Assembly: GCA_963804995.1 (NCBI GenBank)
Contig: CAWDSK010000001.1
Location: forward strand, 384,001-448,000
Length of the DNA: 64,000 bases
Source of the DNA: an uncultured Acidobacteriota bacterium
GTDB taxonomy: Bacteria; Acidobacteriota; Terriglobia; UBA7540
Direction of reading: 5' to 3'
Shown here: positions 41,684-50,827 of the stretch, piece after piece
Numbering within the stretch: the first letter of the stretch is position 1
Layout of the letters: the number at the start of each line of letters is the position of its first letter
Translations under genes and position numbers: made by a program
Notes under the pieces: generated by a model
What the model saw: only the letters and a program-made list of their open reading frames with translations
Database searches by the model: none
What the model was told of the DNA's origin: nothing

Positions 41684-44600
41684 CTAGACAGGTAGTTCAG
41701 GTCGTTATAGATGGTAGTGTCGTTCATGGCCTTCGACAGGGTATAGGCAGCTTGAAAACTCAGGCCATGAGAGCTCTGCCGGCGGAGGGTCACCTGAAGA
41801 CCGTTATACCGGGACTCGCCGGTAAACTGGCTGTCGGTCAAGGCGGAGGGCGTCTCTCCCATGAACGGAACGCGCAGTGCCGCGTTGACCGCGGTATTGG
41901 TCGAGATGCAATCGGCAGGCGCTCCCGTGTAGCCACAGTTGACCGGCTTATTGGGACTCGCGAGCAGCGGCTGGTTCAGGCCCACACCGACCAGCAGGTG
42001 GTCACCGTACGAGCCGACATAGCCAACGTCCAGGGTGAAGGCTCGGGGCAGTTTGGTCTGGATGCTCAGGTTGAATTGCTGGAGCTGGGGGATTTTGTAT
42101 TCCGGGCCGGCGATGCGGTCAGAAAGCTGGGAAGTCGGCGTGCGCGCCACAAAGCCCAGCGTGGTCGTCGGAAACGGCTTCGCGAGATCGGACTGGCCAT
42201 TGCTTGAGTCCGTGTTAGTGAAGCCTTGCGCAAACGGCGCCGCGGTGAACAGGGGAGCGCTGGCGGCGTTGGCGCTGAAAGTGGGCGCCTGGTAAAACCA
42301 TCCGTACCCGCCGCGCACCGCCGCGCGCCCGGCGGCTCCGAATGGCTGCCACGCAAAACCAAAACGGGGGGCGAACTTCCCAAGCGGCGTGTTGTTCTGA
42401 TAGAAACTGCGGTTGGGACCGGTCAATACACCCGAGGGCGGTGGACCGAACGGCTTGCCCGTGTACGGATTGATGAGGGCCGGATTGTAGTTCGCCGCCA
42501 CCACGTCGCCGACCAGCGTTCCTGCGGTCGGTGGAATCGGCACTTGCTGCAACAGCGACGGCCAGACGTTCCCGATCGTACCTGCCCTGTCGAACGCGGC
42601 GCCCACATACTCCCAGCGCAGGCCGGCATTGAGCGTAAGCCGCGGCGTCACCTTGAAATCGTCCTGCGCGAACGTGGCCCCGTAATTGTGCCGGTATTGA
42701 TACTGAACCTGGCCCTCCGGCCCCACCCCCTCGTTGGCTCTCACCGTCTCGATGTTGCTGCGGCCGCCGGGGCTTTGGTTATCCGCCGCACTGAGGCCCA
42801 CCAGCAAGTCTTCGAACGTTTCGAACGTGACCTTTCCGCGTGCGGCGCCGGTGTCCAGCCGGTCGTTGTGCTGCATAAGAAAAACTCCACCCACCCGGGC
42901 ATGGTGCCTTCCGTGCACCAAGGAGAGATTGTCCGTCCACGCGAGCGTGTTCGTGTGCGTCGAGAAGTCATTGGCGCCGTTGCCGAAAAAGCGGAACGTT
43001 CCCATGGGGCCCAGCATGGTGACCTCCGGGGGCAGCGGAAACAACGGGTCCACCGGGGTCATGCCGAAGGAACTCGCCGAGGGAGTGCCGACGCCGCGGG
43101 CCGGTTGGAAGGTGCGCGTGTAGGCAAAGCGCGCTTCGTTCGCCACCTTGGGCGTCAGAACCGAGGTTAGCTTGAGGGAGAGCGCCACGTCATGCGCGTG
43201 GAGCGCCTGGGGAGAACCGGCGCCCGGGATCACCGGGGTCACCGTCGCTCCGCCCGGCGCTCCCAGCGATCGGTACTGATTAATTCTTGAAAAGAAGCCG
43301 CGCCACGACAAGGTGTTGACAGACAACGCCACATAGTCGCTGTTCGCCACGAAATGATCCTCGTTGTAATAGGACGGGAAGCTGAAGGACGAGAAACCCA
43401 TGCCCGCATTGCTGCCGGACGGGATGATCGTTTGGGGTACCGGGATCAGGTATGTGCCATCGGGCAGCCGGGTTTGCAGGATGCTCAGGGCCACCGGATT
43501 GATGGGAGCGGTCGTGGCGGTATTCCGGTTCATGCAGTCCAGTTGCTTCCCACCGGCAAAGGTCAGATAGCGTGGGTCGGGCCCGCCCGCACCGGCGCCG
43601 CTTGTCAGCAGATGATTCGCCGGGCAGAACTCGGCCGCCAGCGCCGCCGCCGACCGGTCGCTCGTAAGAGGCGGAAGGATGACCGTGGCCACGGAGGTGG
43701 GGTCCAGACCGTTCACCTGCCGCGTTCCCTGGTAGGAGCCGAAAAAGAACCACTTATCCCGCAGGACCGGGCCGCCCAGCGTCACTCCGAACTGGTTTTG
43801 CTTCAGATTCGGTTTGGGTTGACCGGTGGCATTGCGAAAGAACGCATTGGCGTTGAAGATGTCGTTGCGCACAAATTCCCAGGCGGTGCCGTGATACCGG
43901 CTCTCTCCGCCGCGGGTGATCACGTTGGTGCTCGGCACCATCGCGCCATAGCCGGTGTCGTACTGCGAGGTCTGGATCTTGAACTCGGCGATGGCGTCGG
44001 GATTGGGGACGGTGCTGGGGGAGTAGGCTCCGTCGATGGTGTAGTTGCCTGCCGCCGTGCTTCCATTTACGTTGACCGTCTGGGTTCCTCTGCCCAGGGT
44101 CCCGGCATTGTTCACATCCGCGACCGTGCCCGAGGACATCGAGAGAAGCTGCGCAAAGTTGCGGGTGGTCAGCGGCACGCCGGTGATGGTTTTATGATCC
44201 ACCAGCGTGCCTGACGACGAGGCAGCCAGGCTCAAGCGGCAGTTGCACTCAACCCTCTCCCGGGGGTTGCCGCGTTCCAGGCTGGCATCCAGGGTGGGAT
44301 CTTCCGAAACGTTGATGGCGATCGATGGGGCTTGCGCGGTCTTGAATCCGCGTGCGGAAAAGCTCACACGGTAGACGCCTGGGGCAAGCAACGAGAAGCG
44401 ATAGCTTCCGTCTTCCCCCGAGATCATGGTGAGGGTCTGATTCGTCGCGTTGTTTGTCAGCACGACTTTTGTACCCGGCACGGCTCTGTTTTGGAAGGTG
44501 ATGGTCCCGCCTAACGCTCCCGTGGCGTCAGACTGGGCGCACAGAAAACTCACGCCCCCCATGATCAAGAGGGCTCCGAACGCCGCGCTGAGGAAATTCC

Positions 44601-44846
44601 GTCTCCCGCCAAACCCGACTGAGGACCGGTTGCTGCACTCTGCAAAATGAGCGATGTTGCGCCAATGAAATGTCATTAACTGTCCAGGATGAAATGCGTC
44701 ATTCCCCCGGCTCTCCAGGCCGGTAATCGCACAATTGAACTGCGCGTCGCCGTCGGAACCGTCAGATTCGGGGCGGGACATTATTCCTCTTGTTTTGCCA
44801 CCCAACCGTTGTCCCGGTAACGAAGATTGCCGGCCTCGGCACTCTA

Positions 44847-44899
44847 CCGTGGAACATTCTTCGGTGCTGAATTACTGCATGGCGTTGGAACGGGGCGGG
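44847..44899 (+). pseudogene. Cysteine desulfurase (dndA/iscS-like) fragment 1
   Basis: VEHSSVLNYCMALERGG matches the EHxxV region and overlaps the NCKALER remnant near 46118. Confidence 0.55.
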
Positions 44900-44921
44900 C
44901 AAGGTAGAAATTGGCGTCCAA

Positions 44922-45158
44922 TCAGGGTGCCGCTAACCGCAGGTCCGCGGTGACGGGCAATTCAAAGAGGTCGCTCCGCAGCAGGCGCGTGGAGAAGAAC
45001 ATTACTTCCAGGTTCTCCACTTGGCGCGTGGCGGGATTCAGGCGCGCCACCACATCGTCTCCCAATTCTTCCGATTCCTGGGCGGGATAGGGCGGGCACT
45101 TGTCAATGTGCAGGATGTCGGCTTCCCGGTCGTACTTAAAGGTTAACTTCGCGTCCAT
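44922..45158 (-). CDS. DUF2283-domain protein (putative antitoxin)
   Basis: LTFKYDREADILHI...SEELGDDVVARL...VENLEV. Confidence 0.75.
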   Translation of the reverse strand: MDAKLTFKYDREADILHIDKCPPYPAQESEELGDDVVARLNPATRQVENLEVMFFSTRLLRSDLFELPVTADLRLAAP

Positions 45159-45463
45159 TCCACGACTCCTTGCCCAAGTTTGCTGACCACGTATGCGGTT
45201 ATCACCCAGTGGCGGCGAGTCCTGCATTCGCTTACGACCACCACAACAACATGCTTACCACCCATGATGTCATCAAACCAGCGTGAGAACAAGCGGGCAT
45301 CTGCGGAGCGGGCGCTCTGCCGGACCTCGTGAGGTTCTGCCAACGTCAAACGGATGCGGTCGCGGATCTTGGGCAAAAGCTCCGGGTGGCGATCCCCGAC
45401 GTGCTTTTCTCGTTCTTCTGTAAGCTCTACTTCGCCCGCCAGGTACGGGCAGGAAAATCGCAC
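45143..45463 (-). CDS. Putative RelE/BrnT-fold toxin partner (DUF4258-like)
   Basis: LTEEREKHVGDRHPE...KHVVVVV...WVITAY; overlaps the DUF2283 start. Confidence 0.65.
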   Translation of the reverse strand: MRFSCPYLAGEVELTEEREKHVGDRHPELLPKIRDRIRLTLAEPHEVRQSARSADARLFSRWFDDIMGGKHVVVVVVSECRTRRHWVITAYVVSKLGQGVVEWTRS

Positions 45464-45614
45464 TCGCTGGTCCCCTCAACATGCCGACATGGCACCACCT
45501 CAACCACTACATGCGCTCCAGTGTATGCGCCGCTCGGGGTGGTCACAAACTGTGACCACCTGTTTCGTGAAGTGCCGTTCCCTAACCCCTAATCCCGAGC
45601 CCCTAACCCCGATC

Positions 45615-45833
45615 TCACCACTCATCGCGCAGCTTTCTCTGCTCTGCGAGGGCGTCACCCTCCCACTGAAGCTTTCCTACCACATCAGCGAAATTGTATT
45701 TGGACCCGTTGGGCTTTGGCGTGCTGCCCACCACCAGGACGAGTTCCACGGCGCCAGCCGGGAGTTCCACCGGCACATCCAGCCGCAACCGCCCGTCCGG
45801 CCCCACCTCACCTTTAGTCTTCACGACCTGCAT
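45615..45833 (-). CDS. Small antitoxin-like hypothetical protein
   Basis: GGAGG RBS; VGPDGRLRLDVP...QRKLRDEW; no toxin gene follows. Confidence 0.6.
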   Translation of the reverse strand: MQVVKTKGEVGPDGRLRLDVPVELPAGAVELVLVVGSTPKPNGSKYNFADVVGKLQWEGDALAEQRKLRDEW

Positions 45834-46117
45834 AGGACGCCCTCCCCGCGCGCGCCAACGGACTCACGCTTGGATTGAGTGTACCACGGGGCCCGGGAAG
45901 TCTATAGTTGACAGTCGAAAGTTGAAAGTCAAGCCGCGCCCTAACCACGAGCCCACCGGGAATGGGATTCGCCCTGTCCACTGCCCCAGTCCCCAGCACC
46001 TCTCCTTCCCGAACCCCTAATCCCGAATCCCTATTCCCTGTATTTCCCATGCTATGAATGTGGATACGCGATGAAGAGCCGCACCGGAACGCAAAATGCG
46101 CGTACCTGTGCGTTACC

Positions 46118-46857
46118 AACTGCAAGGCATTAGAAAGACTCCCCTCCTGGATCAGGAGGGGTGGCGCGCCGAGCGCCGGGGTGGTCGATCAGAAGAAGGA
46201 GCCTACCGCGTTACCTACTTGCCGGTTGACCGCGAGGGCTGCCTTTCTTGTGTTTAACTATCCACTGACCACTGACAACTAACCACTGCCGTTTTGACCG
46301 GCCACAAATTTCATGCGCCGAAAGGCATTGGCGCGCTGTACGTTCGTCGCAAATCGCCATTTTCGCCATTGGTCTACGGCGGGCATCAAGAGCGCAACCG
46401 GCGCGGTGGCACGGAAAGCGTGCCACTAATTGCGGGAATGGGGAAAGCTGCCGAACTGGCCCGCAAACACTTGCCGGACTATGAGCAGAAAGTGCGCCCG
46501 TTGAGGGACGAACTTGAGGAAGGTATCTTAAGTTCTATTCCCAATACGGAATTGAACGGACACAAAACGCAGCGGATTGCCAACACGACAAACATCACTT
46601 TTCACGGCATCGAATCCGAAGCGCTGCTGATCTTGCTCGATAAGGAAGGCATCTGTGCATCGTCCGGCTCAGCGTGCCTTGCCGACTCCGACGAGCCCTC
46701 GCACGTGATTAAGGCGATGAAGCCGGAGGCCATAGCGTCGCGACAAATGATTCGGTTCTCAATTGGTGCCGCCACGGCCAGAGAGGGAATCGAAGTGGTG
46801 GTCAACACCGTAAAGTGCCAGGCGGCTGCTTTGCGCGACGTGTCGTCGCCGCATTGA
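46118..46857 (+). pseudogene. Cysteine desulfurase (dndA/iscS-like) fragments including the C-terminal half
   Basis: NCKALER, a REP insertion, AYRVTYLPVDREG, a gap, then TGHKFHAPKGIG (PLP Lys), GGHQE, SSGSAC (catalytic Cys), IRFS. Confidence 0.85.
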
Positions 46858-46919
46858 AGGAAGATTAGGGGAGTTATCACCCGGTCGCAGCTCCGGCGAT
46901 TTCTCGCGCCCCGGCATGC

Positions 46920-47993
46920 TCAGCCCTTCGCCATCGCGATTCGGCTCCGCGCCAGCCGGACCGCTTCGTGCAGTTTGCGCTCTAATTCCTTCTTCGGCAA
47001 CAACTCTGTCCAGTAGCTGGCCACGTGAATACCGCTCTTTTCGAGTTCCAGCAGGGCGACGTGCTCCGTACTCTTGCCGGCGCAAAGGATCATTCCCAAC
47101 GGTGCAGCCTCCTGTGGTTCCGCCGCGTACCGTTTCAGCCACCCCAGGTAGAGTTCCATCTGCCCTTTGTCCGCGGCTTCAAACTGCCCGATTTTCAATT
47201 CGATGGCGATCAGGCGACAGAGCTTGCGGTGATAGAAAAGCAGGTCGAGGTGGTAGTCACGGTCGTCAATCTGCATGCGCAACTGGCGGGCTACAAAGCA
47301 GAACCCCACCCCCAGCTCCAAGATGAACGACTCCATCTCCCGCAGAATGGCCGACTCCAAATCCTTCTCCGCATAGGTATCTTTCAACCCCAGAAAATCG
47401 AGGACGTAGGGATCGCGGAAGACCAGGTCGGGTGTGAGCTTGTATTCGTCACGCAACTCCCTAAGCTCACGGCGGATCAGTTTGTCCGGCTTTTTGGAAA
47501 GCGCCGTGCGCTCGTAAAGCATCGACTGGATTTTCTGCTGGAGGGTACGTGTGCTCCAGTTCTCCACCCGGCACATTTCGGTGTAGAAATCCCGCTTGAG
47601 ATGATCCTGAATAGGAATGAGCCGCAGGAAGTGGGTCCAGCCCAATTGTCGTAGCAGCGATACGACAATTTCCCGGTCCGGGTAGGCCTCCGCGAACTGG
47701 ATCATCCGGCGCAGGTTCTTCTCGCCGAATCCCCGGCCGAAATCCCTCTCCAATTGTGCACTCAGTGCGGACACAATCTGTTCGCCATACTCCGCGCGTT
47801 TTTCCTTTAGGATGTCTTGCCGGATGCGCTGCCCCACATGCCAGTAAAGCGTGGTTAGCGCCGCGTCTACCGCGCGGGCGGCGCCTTGGCGGGCTTCTGC
47901 AATCAGTTCCCGCACGTCGGCCAGCAACGCCGCGAGCCCTTGGGGGCGTAAAGCCAGGGCCTTCTTTCTCCCGGGCGGTTTTCGTCCTATCAT
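46920..47993 (-). CDS. YhcG/DUF1016 PD-(D/E)XK nuclease family protein
   Basis: YWHVG, GFGEKNLRRM, LGWTH, RDPYVLDFL, DLLFYHR, AIELK, GQMELYL. Confidence 0.93.
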   Translation of the reverse strand: MIGRKPPGRKKALALRPQGLAALLADVRELIAEARQGAARAVDAALTTLYWHVGQRIRQDILKEKRAEYGEQIVSALSAQLERDFGRGFGEKNLRRMIQFAEAYPDREIVVSLLRQLGWTHFLRLIPIQDHLKRDFYTEMCRVENWSTRTLQQKIQSMLYERTALSKKPDKLIRRELRELRDEYKLTPDLVFRDPYVLDFLGLKDTYAEKDLESAILREMESFILELGVGFCFVARQLRMQIDDRDYHLDLLFYHRKLCRLIAIELKIGQFEAADKGQMELYLGWLKRYAAEPQEAAPLGMILCAGKSTEHVALLELEKSGIHVASYWTELLPKKELERKLHEAVRLARSRIAMAKG

Positions 47994-48168
47994 GGCGCAA
48001 GCTCCAAGCTATAACGCGGCCAGCACCCGGCTTTTGCCAGCGCGGGCTTGCCTTGCAGTTTACCTAATCACCAAACACTAACCACTGTCAACTGCCGTGG
48101 AAGAAGACCCGCACAGGAGCGCGAAATGCGCGCACCCGCGCGCTACAAATTCGGCCCTGGTAACCCCG

Positions 48169-48540
48169 GGCTACCGGGTTACCTACCTGCCGGTTGACCG
48201 CGAGGGCTTGCTGCTTTCTACCGGTTCAACTGACCACTAACCACTAATCACTGACCACTGCCTTTCCGATGTGGGCGAATAACGAAACGGGTGTGTTGTT
48301 CCCTGTCGAGTCAATCGCGGAAATTTGCCAGTCGCGGGGCGTGCCGTATCACTGCGACGCGGTGCAAGCAGCGGGCAAGGTGGAGATTGATGTGCAAAAG
48401 ATCCCGGCGGACTACCTTTCGCTAACCGGCCACAAGTTCCACGCGCCGAAAGGCATTGGCGCACTCTACGTCCGTCGCAAATCACCATTTTCGCCATTGG
48501 TCTACGGCGGGCATCAAGAACGGAACCGGCGCGGCGGCAT
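48169..48540 (+). pseudogene. Second, partly redundant cysteine desulfurase fragment set
   Basis: GYRVTYLPVDREGLL, a gap, then MWANNETG...HCDAVQAAGK...TGHKFHAPKG...RRGG; the last ~115 bp duplicate 46296-46410. Confidence 0.85.
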
Positions 48541-48563
48541 AGGGGCGGTACCCGGCGAAAAGT

Positions 48564-49088
48564 CTATTTCGACCATTTGAAGGCTAGGACGGTGATCGCC
48601 CAAGGCAATATGGCAAACATCATTGCGGTATAGGCACGCTTCAAGTACTTAAACTTATTATTGATGATCTCTGAATTTCGGTGGCATTGCTCCAAGAGAT
48701 CTTGCAAATGCTGATCAGTCGTTCGGCATGACCAGCACTGACTGAATTCGTTAAACGAGTTGCCAGCGATCGACCCGAAAAACAATAACGATTTAGACGG
48801 ACCTCTGGTGCGTGGGTAGTTGGCGCAGTGAATAAAGGTGAAGCCGGTCGCTAGCATACCTATGGTCGTCGCGAAGGCAACGACCGCCCACCACCTCCAT
48901 TTTTCGGGCTCTGGTGCAAGTGACACTGCAACTCCTAGCATTCCAGTGTGCATTCCCAAGACAACCGAAATTTTGGTGTCCACTTTGCTACCCCACTGAA
49001 GCACTCTATCGAGGTTTTTCTCAGCGTACGCGATCTGTTCGCTCAGGGGCCATCCGGCAACGACTTCGGCATGTACATTATTTTTCAT
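48564..49088 (-). CDS. Pycsar transmembrane effector-like protein (PycTM/DUF5706)
   Basis: KVDTKISVVL, two TM helices, YPRTRGPSKSLLFFGSIA, DLLEQ...NSEIINNKF, third TM helix; start taken at ATG 49088. Confidence 0.85.
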   Translation of the reverse strand: MKNNVHAEVVAGWPLSEQIAYAEKNLDRVLQWGSKVDTKISVVLGMHTGMLGVAVSLAPEPEKWRWWAVVAFATTIGMLATGFTFIHCANYPRTRGPSKSLLFFGSIAGNSFNEFSQCWSCRTTDQHLQDLLEQCHRNSEIINNKFKYLKRAYTAMMFAILPWAITVLAFKWSK

Positions 49089-49117
49089 AAGACCAAACTG
49101 ATAGAGCAGTGGGTTTG

Positions 49118-49621
49118 CTAGTCCAATTCTGCGATTCGCTGTCTGAACAATTCCACGAGCTCGTCTGAAATCCAAGCGCCCGCGCGGATCATTTCTTCTA
49201 AGATTCTGATTCCATCGTTCCCCGTAATTTCCCCAATCTCAATTGCGTATTCCAGCACTCCGATTGCGCCGGCGACCGGAATTCCAAATTCCTCCGCGCA
49301 ATTCCGAGCCAGCTTGTCGTTTGTCAAAACAGCGGCCCCTCTAGACCATGCCACCACAATGGCACCAGATTCACCGAGCCCCAGTCCGGGTCTGCCCTCA
49401 CGCAAACGTTGAAATCTCTCCCAGTCCTCCTCGCTGACCAGAGCTACCACCTCCGCACTTGGCATAGCTATGGAAGCACGATCGAGCTCATCTTGCACGA
49501 AGTCGGAAACCAAGAGACGCCCACTAAAAACTCGCTCGAGTGTGTCGAGCGAGCCGGAACGCTGAAAGTCCACGACAACGCTTGAGTCAAGCGACACGCG
49601 GGTTATGCTAAGCCGGTGCAA
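49118..49621 (-). CDS. PIN-domain protein (DUF3368-like)
   Basis: VSLDSSVVVD, VQDEL, LGLGESGAI, LTNDKLAR, GAIGVL; start uncertain (TTG at 49621 proposed). Confidence 0.82.
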   Translation of the reverse strand: MHRLSITRVSLDSSVVVDFQRSGSLDTLERVFSGRLLVSDFVQDELDRASIAMPSAEVVALVSEEDWERFQRLREGRPGLGLGESGAIVVAWSRGAAVLTNDKLARNCAEEFGIPVAGAIGVLEYAIEIGEITGNDGIRILEEMIRAGAWISDELVELFRQRIAELD

Positions 49622-50738
49622 AATCCGTTTCCCTTCTCCATTCCTGGGTCTTAGCCCGCGCTTCGCTGACATTTACGCTAAGTAGTTCGGCGAGTTTTCC
49701 GAGGGACACCATACTGTTGAGAGCGGCCTTTCTCGCGAGATGCGCGAAGCGGCTTGACCTCTCCCAAGCTTCGATCATCGTCTCGTCGAGCGGTACAAAC
49801 TCCTTTCTAGGATCGCTCTGTCGCTTTTCCACCTCCTCCATTAGTCGCCGCTGGTCATCGTCTGAGATTAAGCGGAGGTCCCGAACTCTGCGCAACATCA
49901 TCTGCGCACTGACTTGGAAATATTGCTTCAAGAAAACTATGTCTTCCAAGCCAACGGTCTTGTCCCCAACGTCCCGATGTAAAACGTCTCGAAGTCCCAC
50001 TTCCGGAACTAGAAACGAAGCCGCGAAACAGTCTGCCATCTTCTCGGGCACACTGTCCTTTGGTAGACCGCCGGTCGGTGCGGCACTGCTATACATAGGC
50101 CGATGCATCAGCAGGTGTCCGCATTCGTGCGCTAATGAGAAGACTTGGCGCTCTACCGTGTTGGCGCTGTTGACTAAGATACAGAGACCATAGTTAGAAG
50201 AGTACGCGGATAACGCAAAAACCTCATCTCCCTCCATCTTGTGCCGTAAGATCCTGACCCCCTGCTCATCGAGCAACTTAAAGATGTTTTCAATCGGATC
50301 ACGCTGGCCGAGTCCTAGGCGTTCACGCTCAGAAAGTGCAACTTGGACCGCGTAATCGAACGGCTTCGAATGCGCCCCGGGTCCGCCAGAGTAGTCGGGA
50401 AGCTGGAGTAGATTTTCGGCTCCGACAATTTCCTCTAGCTCACGATACGCTTTGGAATGCCTTTCAAATGATAAGCGGGCGTTCCCGGGAGCGGTCGCCT
50501 CCGCGACAGCCCGGTACAATAACGCCATAGTATCTTGGTCCCCTCTGAAAAAATCAGCGACCGGACAACCAAGAAGGCGAGAAGCTACCAGCAACTTGCT
50601 GCTGTCGATGGCCGTATGACCATTCTCGATGGCGCTGACCGTGGCCCGGGAGAGTCCGATTTTAGCGGCAAACTCCTCTTGGGATAGACCCGCTAACTCC
50701 CTTGCTCTCTTTAGATTTCGTGCGATGATCTCTTTCAA
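49608..50738 (-). CDS. XRE HTH fused to ImmA/IrrE (COG2856) zinc metallopeptidase
   Basis: ARELAGLSQEEFAAKIGLSRATVSAIENG; FSLAHECGH (HExxH); EKMADCFAASFLVP; TTG at 50738 has a GGAGG RBS. Confidence 0.92.
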   Translation of the reverse strand: MKEIIARNLKRARELAGLSQEEFAAKIGLSRATVSAIENGHTAIDSSKLLVASRLLGCPVADFFRGDQDTMALLYRAVAEATAPGNARLSFERHSKAYRELEEIVGAENLLQLPDYSGGPGAHSKPFDYAVQVALSERERLGLGQRDPIENIFKLLDEQGVRILRHKMEGDEVFALSAYSSNYGLCILVNSANTVERQVFSLAHECGHLLMHRPMYSSAAPTGGLPKDSVPEKMADCFAASFLVPEVGLRDVLHRDVGDKTVGLEDIVFLKQYFQVSAQMMLRRVRDLRLISDDDQRRLMEEVEKRQSDPRKEFVPLDETMIEAWERSSRFAHLARKAALNSMVSLGKLAELLSVNVSEARAKTQEWRRETDFAPA

Positions 50739-50760
50739 TTTCCCTCCAGTGTATAAAATC

Positions 50761-50827
50761 CTTGACATATAATTGATCTACTTGTTGTGATTGTCAAGTT
50801 AATTCGACATTAGGAGTATCTTATGTC
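50761..50827. promoter_or_regulatory. Divergent promoter/operator region
   Basis: CTTGACA (50761-50767) and TGTCAAG (50792-50798) are inverted, giving TTGACA on both strands; further GACAT (50806-50810)/ATGTC (50823-50827) pair around the AGGAG RBS. Confidence 0.6.

Larger units (their letters stand above)
39073..44805 (-). pseudogene. Oar-like TonB-dependent receptor disrupted by an IS (5' part to 41684, 3' part from 39668)
   Basis: Carboxypeptidase-regulatory N-domain, AIAEFKIQTS, NQFGVTLGGP, FAPRFGFAW, C-terminal PRLVQFALKYLF; removing the IS and one CTAG restores ...NYLSRNWARASFD... in frame; true start uncertain. Confidence 0.9.
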
